Source: Tubiluchus corallicola
Taxonomy: Eukaryota > Animalia > Priapulida
DNA length: 64,000 bases
Direction: 5' to 3'
Assembly: GCA_030141605.1 (NCBI GenBank)
Contig: JAQGDQ010000109.1
Coordinates: forward strand, 496,001-560,000
Shown here: positions 50,098 to 64,000 of the stretch, piece by piece
Position numbering within the stretch: the stretch's first letter is position 1
Layout: the number at the start of each line of letters is the position of its first letter
Position numbers and translations under genes: made by a program
The notes under the pieces: model-generated
The model's database searches: none
The model's input: only the letters and a program-made list of their open reading frames with translations
What the model was told of the DNA's origin: nothing

Positions 50098-51042
50098 TTA
50101 CAAATAAAGTTTTATTAATTCATCACTAACAGCAGAAGGAGTGAGAATGCCTAGATCTGTGAATAGCAATGAAATGTAAGCAGGGGGAGTGTAGTCCACT
50201 AAAGGGTGTTCTTCATTTAAATTAGCACCTTCATTGATAGCAGAGGCATGGTATTTAAATTTTTCGGGCATATCCTGCTGATTCAATGGGTATAGACGAG
50301 CGAACTTGAAGCTTTCTGCAAGAGCATAAAATGGTTTATTCATCTGCAGTGCAGAAATAGCCATTGTATATGTTCCAATTTTATTAATAATGCCACCACT
50401 TTCTACAACTCCCTCAGCACCAACCAAGACTAAATCAACCTTCTCCATGATATATCCTATTGCAGAGTCTAATATTATGGTACACGGAATACCTGCTTCA
50501 TCAAGTTTTTTCTGTGTTATATACCCAGATTTGTTAGGCATCGCTTCCGTGACAAATACTTGAAATCTCCTGTTAGCTTTGGCAGCCTGTAGCAAGCTAT
50601 ATAACACAACTCTGGAATGTGAATGAGTTAATATAGTACATCCATCAGTAATGAAATTGGTGGCAATATTTGCGATTTTCTGTCGACACTGTCCCAACCT
50701 TGCTAAAAACATTCTTCCTCGTTCCACCATAATGCGCTTACACTGTTGAAAATCAGAGTGATCAAGGGCTGTGAGAGTTATGAAGCGTAGGAGAAGTTCA
50801 CATCCTGAAGTAATTGAAGTCACTGAACTGTCTGTTTCCGTTAATGTTTTAATTGCATTCTGCAAATCATCTCTCAGCTGCGCCACAGTCTCTGCAGAAG
50901 AGTGTGTAATAAGTTCAATTAATGTTTGAATGGCAGCAACAGCAGCAGACAAATCAGGATCGCGCCTCATTGTATTAGTGAAAAATTCCACTAAGGATGA
51001 TGACTCAAGTGATTTTTCCATATCTGGCATATTTGCATTCAT
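50098..51042 (-). CDS. EIF2B1: Translation initiation factor eIF2B subunit alpha; single-exon CDS, up to 314 aa
   Basis: SAAVAAI, SGCELLLRFIT, ILTHSHSRVV, YIMEKVDLVLVGAEGVVESGGIINKIGT, AESFKFARLYPLNQQD, VDYTPP, TDLGILTPSAVSDELIKLYL. Confidence 0.97.
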   Translation of the reverse strand: MNANMPDMEKSLESSSLVEFFTNTMRRDPDLSAAVAAIQTLIELITHSSAETVAQLRDDLQNAIKTLTETDSSVTSITSGCELLLRFITLTALDHSDFQQCKRIMVERGRMFLARLGQCRQKIANIATNFITDGCTILTHSHSRVVLYSLLQAAKANRRFQVFVTEAMPNKSGYITQKKLDEAGIPCTIILDSAIGYIMEKVDLVLVGAEGVVESGGIINKIGTYTMAISALQMNKPFYALAESFKFARLYPLNQQDMPEKFKYHASAINEGANLNEEHPLVDYTPPAYISLLFTDLGILTPSAVSDELIKLYL

Positions 51043-51134
51043 GTTATATGTTCTACCTAGAAATACAATTACAAGCTATAAATACAATAAAATTAAAGAC
51101 AATTTCAACAAATATTTATTAATATGCTTCTTTT

Positions 51135-51325
51135 TTGCTGGCGTTATAACGAGGTTGATTTATTATGTAGAATGGACTTTTGGCAAAACAGATAGGCTGG
51201 TGGGTAGGCAAAGTGGGTGGTATTTCCTGCTTTTAATATATCATGGAAATCGGGGCAGGGCAAAAGTTGGTGTTATGGCGAAGCTGGCGTTATAAGGGAG
51301 GGCGGTATAATGAGGTTTGACTGTA
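51135..51325. mobile_element. pogo/Tigger-like MITE end with subterminal repeats
   Basis: Terminus gaggtttgactgTA (reverse complement TA-CAGTCAAACCTC) plus repeated gctggcgttataa. Confidence 0.55.
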
Positions 51326-53939
51326 ATAACAGCACTTGGGGACATGGCAAGAACTTGCCAACCTAACACTGGACTACAACAAACATGGACATTATTGTCA
51401 AAGAGCTGGACTCTGGAGTAGACTGGTACACAGAAATGGAAAAATAATTTTGATAGGTCACCAACAGGTGCTACACATAGCACAAAAAAGTCTGAACTCT
51501 ACTTGAATGTGTTGTGTCTGTGTGTGTGTGTGGATTCGTTCTAGTTATTGATCAATTCAATTCACGTTTATTGCACAAATACTTCAGGTTACAGAGTACA
51601 ATTCTACAACTAATGAAGGCCACACTATTCAAAAACACGATTGCAGGATTCTCAGCATCAAATCACACTCATTAGCAGCATTAGAAAGGAGAGCAAGGTA
51701 CAGTCTTATATATAATATATTATTACAATAAGCTATTGCTAAGTAGTAAAGAAAGTTACACCCTATTATGATGATCTAAAAACATTAATATAAATTCAAC
51801 TATTGGTAAATAATTTATGCAGGGGTCAATTCACATGGTAATCAGCATTAATTAAGGAGTACATATTAATTAACTCTCGCAGTCCATTCAGGCTCGATTT
51901 TTGTTGTAAGCAGCTGAGTTGGCATTGCTAGGTCGCTTCTGCAAATCAAAGTACTGAAATCACTGAACGTGAAGCTCTTCCAAGTAGCTAATCTCATCAC
52001 AATGCCCGTTACGGCAATTATAGACGTTGAATAGGCAAAATTCATAACAAATGTACATTTATGATTATGATATCAAGAAACATTACGGAAGCAAAACGGT
52101 AACAATTAAGCAGCTATCGTCATCATCATCATCCAGGGACAGGATTCTGTTCACCTCCTAATCTTCTTCTTTTTCAAAATCTCATTACACCTATTGTAGA
52201 CATTGAGGTAACAACACTGATCAGAGCATTCCACCCACGTCTATCTGCAGCTAACAGCGTAAGTTCTTCTACTCCTAAAGATACATTTAGTTGAAGCTGT
52301 TGAACATAAACACACAATATCGGAAATCTTCGAAAGCAAAATAACTAGCGCTCTAGTCCTGCAAGCCCTTAGCAGGGACTACATTTAAATAGCAGAAAGT
52401 CTTCTACGATGACAGGTAACATTGCGTGACTAGTGAATACAAACGATAACCAAATCAATAACAACTAATCTCATAACAATTGTATAAATATGATCATGAT
52501 ATCAAGATCATTACGGAAGCAGTACAGTAGCAATTATAAATTTCTCTGGTATTGCTTAATTAATCGGTTATAATTTGTATGTATGCATAATGAAGTTTAA
52601 GGCCAGCGGATATTATATTCTCTGATAATAATCATACTCAATGGAGGTTGCCATGTATGGCACAGTTGTTGCAATTTTGTCAGTTAGAAATCAGTTAGCA
52701 TGTTATTGTACATGTAATAGTGATGGCCTATATTAAAAATTAATGTATATAGCTGAATGGTAATGTACACAATAAATAATTCATATTAGATTAGGCACAG
52801 GTAACTGTTGAAAATAGATGATGTAGCAACAAATACTGCTGTTTCGTAATTATAAAAATTCGGTGTTGAAAATAGGATTTCTAATCTTTCGTTTAACTCA
52901 CATATAAAGATGCCACTGGGTCAGACCGCCATTGGTTTGTTTGTAGTTTATACTAAAAGTGGCATCAATAATTGTGAGCTGCAGCCTTGATCATTAAACT
53001 TTAATTATCACCTGAGCTCTTGTAAACACATGTAATTTATTTTAAACAGGTTGCGAAACAGTAGAGGTTATTTAGCATCTCTGTAGGTTTTAAATTTGTC
53101 CAACCAAACAGTGTAGCAATAAGGTCAAAGAACAAATAAACCAATGAAAAACAAAAAAACAGAGAAAATTATAAAAATTTACTGCTAAATTCCAAAATCA
53201 TTATGACACAATCAAAAGTTAAATAATTGATAAAAAAACATTCAAAGACTGGATACGTAGAACCCATTTCACTGAAGTAATAGCAGTGAAAGACATGTCA
53301 GTAGACAGTAGAGAAAACTTGGAAACAGAAAATAACTATTGTTTGCACCTATAACTGATATACTGGTTGGCGATGTCTTTCACTACTATATAAAAATATA
53401 TGATACTACCTAAGAGTAATGATGGGAAATGTTTTCAAAAGATGTGATATTTTAGCATGTATAGGTAAAGCCGACAGTTCTATCGCACCAGAGTTTATCA
53501 TGACATTTATCACCACAGTCATCTGAGAACAATGACTGAGATAATATGAAAAATAAGCATGTTTTATCCACATATACATTGCGCCTGCACGGTTTATGAT
53601 AAGTTTTATTAGGCATTTTACAATCAGTCATAAAAAGAATATCATTAATCTAACAAATATGAATCATCACTTACATGCCCTGAGCAGCTCTTCACACCTT
53701 ATCAATTATTAACAGCTGAAATGAACTAAAATAAAGTTACCTATGTTCTTTGCATTCCTAATTTGTACCTTGCATGTTTAATAACAGTAATTTAACACTT
53801 AAATATTTTACAATAAAAGTATACTTCCATCCGAATCACATTTCAAAAGTGCTAAACTACACTAGGATAAGACTAACGTTAAGATTGGTTCCACAATGAC
53901 GACAGTAACAATTATACTTAATAATATCATACACAAAAT

Positions 53940-59595
<5,656 letters not shown>

Positions 59596-60036
59596 CTTTG
59601 ATAGAAAAAGGTTTAGCTTTAAAGTACAATGCATCCTACATTCATAAATGAAAACAAAATCAGATACTTATGCAACCTTAAACCTAGCAAACATTTTGCA
59701 ACTTGCATTCTTTTACAATTAATCATATATTGATACAGCCCTGCATTCAGCTGAAAATGCCGACGAATGTACCTAAAATATTTTTACTTTAAATACTTGT
59801 AATCTTAATTAACAAATATTGGTAAGTTTTTGAATAAATCAACAGTAATTAAATTTTTGGAACTAAACTTAATTAAAAAAAGGAATCTTGAAAAAGTCAA
59901 GATTGAGCACGGACTTAAACCTGGGACTTTTAGGAACGGATCTAAGCCATTATCAACAGACAACAAAGCTCCTTGTGACAAAGGAAGATCTCTTTAATTT
60001 TAGCAGCTCCCCAACCAACTGAACTACTGAACACAC

Positions 60037-60108
60037 GGGTGTGTGTGGTCTAGTAGTTATGACACTGGACTTGTAATCCAAAAACAATGTGGTTTAAATC
60101 CAGCCTCA
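60037..60108 (+). pseudogene. tRNA-like relic or SINE head (Thr-TGT-like anticodon arm)
   Basis: A-box tggtctagtag, arm tgga-cTTGTAA-tcca, B-box-like ggtttaaatcc; acceptor and T stems pair poorly. Confidence 0.5.
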
Positions 60109-60429
60109 AACATATCCTTCCTTCCTCTTGATCACTACTGTTGGGAAACACACACGCCTTGCCAAAAAATTGTAGGTCAAACATAAGTGCGAATTGCAAG
60201 CGTTTCAAGTGGCCTGACTCCAGAGAACAATTTATGTTGAAGTGGCTTTTTCCCGAAAACAATTTTCCGAGTACAACATGCAAGGTAACGTAACTTATTT
60301 TCATTACTCAACATAAATTACGTTTTTCGTTTCATTATCATTAAATTTTTATTCGGTTAAAAAACAAACAAATAACTCGCCTGCTGGATATTGATTTCAA
60401 CGGTAAATTCGTAGTGAATAACAGTGTGG

Positions 60430-60680
60430 ACTAGACCGATAAACTTACATGTCTCTATAACCAAAAATATAACATGATTTTACCCGGTGACCTTGACTGA
60501 TTTTTGACCTTTTCAACCAACAAAGCAATGGGTTTGCAAGTCTCTCCCCGATCCATCCCTGTGTCAAATTTCATGCTTGGCGATTATATAGCTTCAACGG
60601 TCTAGATTTTAGTTTACATTCATACACCCGCACCAACTATCGTTGGAGAACGCATGACGTCGCATGTAGCACGTCGTACG
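60430..60680. mobile_element. Possible Helitron/Helentron-derived non-autonomous repeat upstream of the FAXC-like gene
   Basis: gtgaccttgac...tgaccttt and aaatttcatg motifs common in such invertebrate repeats, followed by a GC-rich, partly palindromic end. Family assignment uncertain. Confidence 0.3.
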
Positions 60681-60934
60681 CAGGAGCAGCAGCGCTATCA
60701 CAGCACACCGCAAACAAATCTGGGCTGCTGTCTATTCAACTGAGAATTTGTTAGCACGTTACGAGGGGTGCTTAAAAGCTCAAGGCCAAAGTCTGCTTGC
60801 TCGTACGTAAAACTTGTTGTAGCGAATAGCCACGTGTTTAATGAAAGCAACGCGCGTATTGATTGCTGGGCAAGCCAAAGTTGAAGGAATTTCGATTCAA
60901 TACTAGGATTGTGTGACATTAACAGAGTAAAAAC

Positions 60935-63605
60935 ATGGCAGCTATATGGAAATGGTGCACAGATGCCTTTTCCAACGTGGACAGAAAGACAATAGGCATA
61001 GGAACAGCTACTGTGATTGTAGTGGGAGGTATTTTACGACACATCTGTAAGGCTAAACGGCGTGCTTTAATGAAACCAGATTATGAACATAACGTGGTTT
61101 ACGTTTTCTCGTTTCCAAGATGCAGAAACACTTGCGGTGTGTTGCAATTCTCACCATTTACACTTAAACTAGAGACATTCTTACGAATGGCTAAGATAAA
61201 GTACGAGGTAAGAATCATCTCCTCAGGTATTATCGTCAAATCTCACAAACCTTAATTAAATGCACCTAAGTTTCTGCTATTACATATCCGTAACAGTTAT
61301 GTTGCTTGACTGATTTGTAATCTTGTTATTATCACTCATCATTTGCACCTGCATTGTACTACAGTATAATATTATTTTCTACATTCACACTGTATCCGTT
61401 TACTAATATGAATTGTACCATTCGAGTACGCAATAAATAATAATAATAATATGTAGAGGTTCAAAGTGATGAATTTAAACTTTAACTAAAATTATTGGTG
61501 TGATTTTGGACCACTGTTGGCGCCATTAAATACACACATTCTCCCATTACAGTTCATACCAACATTCGAACCATCAAGCAAAGGGCAGGCACCTTGGATA
61601 GAGTTGAATGGAGAGCATTATGCTGACTCCGACATGATCATTAAAATGCTGGCTAAACATTTCAAAGTAAACACAGAAAAGTACTTGACCAAGGAACAGC
61701 AAGGTGCTTCCTTAGCCTTCCAAGTCATGATGGACAACTACTTCGTTTGGTTTGTATTCAATCTGATAACTTTGATGAATTCATAATCTCAATAACGAAC
61801 AGGTAAGAAGGACTGATGATATTGTTCACTACAAAAAGCTGTAATAAATCTAATTCAGTTTAAATAATAACAATATCAAAATAGCTCCATTAGTACTTCT
61901 TTGAATAATATCAAAATAGCTCCAATAATACTTCTTTGCTTGCAGGACTTATGCTTATTATCGTTATGTCGTAAAAACTAAAGTAACCATGGATTTGATG
62001 ATGGCAGCACTACCACTGGATGAGGTACCATTTTTATTTAAACTGATGCCACGTTTTGTGATGGACAGGAACTTTCGGAACCTGGTAAGTCGTGTTGTTA
62101 CTAGCACGTAACCTTTAAATTGCTCAGCTGCAAAAACTTAACAAGTAAGTGATGCAACATATTTCAGAAGTCCAGAAACTGACGTCGTTTTAAAAATTGT
62201 CACATTATTATAAAAGTTAAACTTAATGGTTTCATGTGGGTGTGTGTGTACAAGTGTTATGGCACCTCCAGGCTGAAAAATCGTGAGGCACAGAAAAAAG
62301 ACAGAAAGGGGAGGGATGGGCAGAAAGAAAAAGCAAGAGGCTGAGAGGGGAAAGGGCAGAGAGAGGGAGAGGGCACAGAAAAAAGTCAGAAAGGGGAGGG
62401 ATGGGCAGAAAGAAAAAGCAAGAGGCTGAGAGGGGAAAGGGCAGAGAGAAGGAGAGGGAGAGGGGGAGGGAGAGAGAGAGAGGGGGGAGGGAGAGAGAGG
62501 GAGGGCAAGAGTGGGGGAGATAGGGAAGGAGGGAGGGAGAGAGAATTGACTATCCAGCCAAAACAGCTGCTGGTTTAAGCTTAGATCTAATCAACTGTAA
62601 ATTTTAACTTTTTGCAAAGTATAACAAAAAAAAACTCTTGTAAGTACTTTGTGACATTGAATTTATCTATAAATTTTAATGAATTGGAAATGTACAGTTG
62701 GGTGATGCACTTTACCCAATGTGTTTACTTCATCTTTTAAACATGAACAAACCAAAGTAGCATTGTACTACACAGAACATCAACTATTGCCACCAGGACT
62801 GTCCTCTTCTGTAGGTTACTGTTACTAATCCTATCTCCTAACGTCACCCTGTACATCTAGCTTATCTTCTGCATCTCTGCTGTGTCCAGCTTCTGGAGAT
62901 TTGAACACATCAGTGCCCAGGTTTCACCACCATTTAACACACATGCATAAAAAAACAAATATGTGCTTGAGATACAGGCACTGGTTAGTAAATATTTAAT
63001 CAGAAGCTAAAAAATATCACCAAGTCTAGTTTATGGTTTGACTTAAAGAACTGAAACACATTCCAGTCTAAAGCAAGAGCATATGCGCATGGAATCGGTC
63101 GTCACACTGTGGAGGAAATAGCACAAATAGGAGCTGAAGAAATTCAAGCAATTTCCAACTACCTGGGAAAGAAGAAATTTCTTATGGGTGAAACAGCAAG
63201 CATGGTAATTATTTGCTTTTTGCTTTTACTAAAATATACACACAAATGCTGATAAATTTCCTAATCAATTCAAGGCAAAATAAATGAAGTTATTAAAATT
63301 AAAATTCTTAAAATAAAATTACTAGTCATGCCAGATAAGACAGCAGTAATATCAGCATAAGGAGTTGTCAATAAGTCTGTCCACAAATGAAATACATGCA
63401 GTTTGTTTGAGATTTTGTATAACTGCATTTCATGACATTTTAGGTTGACTGTTGGATGTTTGGACACCTCACACAGATAACTGACTGTCCTATAGACTTC
63501 CCATTCAAACCTTTACTGAGCTCAGATTGTCGTAATGTAGCGGAGTATGTGGAGAGAATACGAGAAACCTACTGGCAAGACTGGAACAGTTTGTTTTCTC
63601 AGTAA
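60935..63605 (+). CDS. FAXC: Failed axon connections homolog (metaxin/GST-like), 5 exons: 60935-61207, 61553-61749, 61946-62084, 63067-63204, 63444-63605; 302 aa
   Basis: SPFTLKLETFLRMAKIKYE, SSKGQAPWIELNGEHYADS, HGIGRH, LGKKKFLMG, VDCWMFGHLTQ, YVERIRETYWQDW. 909 nt, phases consistent. Exact orthology within the often expanded FAX family is uncertain. Confidence 0.9.
62286..62545. repeat. Polypurine tract containing an about 84-bp direct duplication
   Basis: ggcacagaaaaaagNcagaaagggg...gggcagagaga occurs twice, followed by GA/GGGA runs. Confidence 0.85.
62700..62945 (-). mobile_element. RTE-clade LINE 3' ORF fragment in a FAXC-like intron
   Basis: Minus strand reads LNGGETWAL...LDTAEM...VTLGDRISN...LLWFVHV...HWVKC with stops, matching the RTE pattern YGSETW...DRIRN...LRWFGHV. 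Confidence 0.8.
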
Positions 63606-64000
63606 CCTGATAAACACTCTAGTTATAAATAAATCTAATTAGATGCTGTAGTAGCAAATGGAATATAGGTATAGTCGGGTAACGTAGAGAGCTCATCCAG
63701 TATTTAACTGTGATTTTTGTTTACTTCATTTCCAAAAATGCAAGTTTATATAAATCAACTAATAATATTCATTTAAAATTGACCAGGTGATTTATAGCAA
63801 TTAGTTATGAAATCATGAAAATTGTCAGAAGCTAGTATACTTGAGAACTGTATATAAAATGTTAACAATCAGGAAACGGTGAACAAGGGAATAAAATTAA
63901 TATTACTAAAAAGTAAACCGATCAATTAATTGCCCTTTTTCCTGTGTAAACACAAGGGCTATAAAATATAGAGGCAGCTCCAGAATATAATTGTTCTAAT

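Noticed and set aside
60037-60108. Functional tRNA-Thr gene
   Set aside because: Acceptor and T stems pair poorly, the B-box lacks the TTC, and no terminator follows.

Overview
AT-rich animal (invertebrate-like) genomic DNA with GT-AG introns. I assembled exons by hand and checked their phases. Gene order: 3' end of CBS (+); TMEM147 (+); TOMM40 (-); an EIF2B1 with an intronless CDS (-); 3' end of EPG5 (-); and a complete FAXC/metaxin-like gene (+) apparently inside an EPG5 intron. The main unexplained structure is the last intron of TMEM147 (13547-34925, 21.4 kb). It holds six antisense nested genes: five intronless class A GPCRs that all lack the NPxxY proline, and a 10-exon Cys/Met-metabolism PLP lyase with a methionine gamma-lyase-like motif, 17 kb from CBS. 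The rest is decayed LINE/SINE pieces, several MITEs, mini/microsatellites and one candidate structured RNA downstream of CBS. Gene identities come from my recall of family sequences, not database searches. Functional links are hypotheses.
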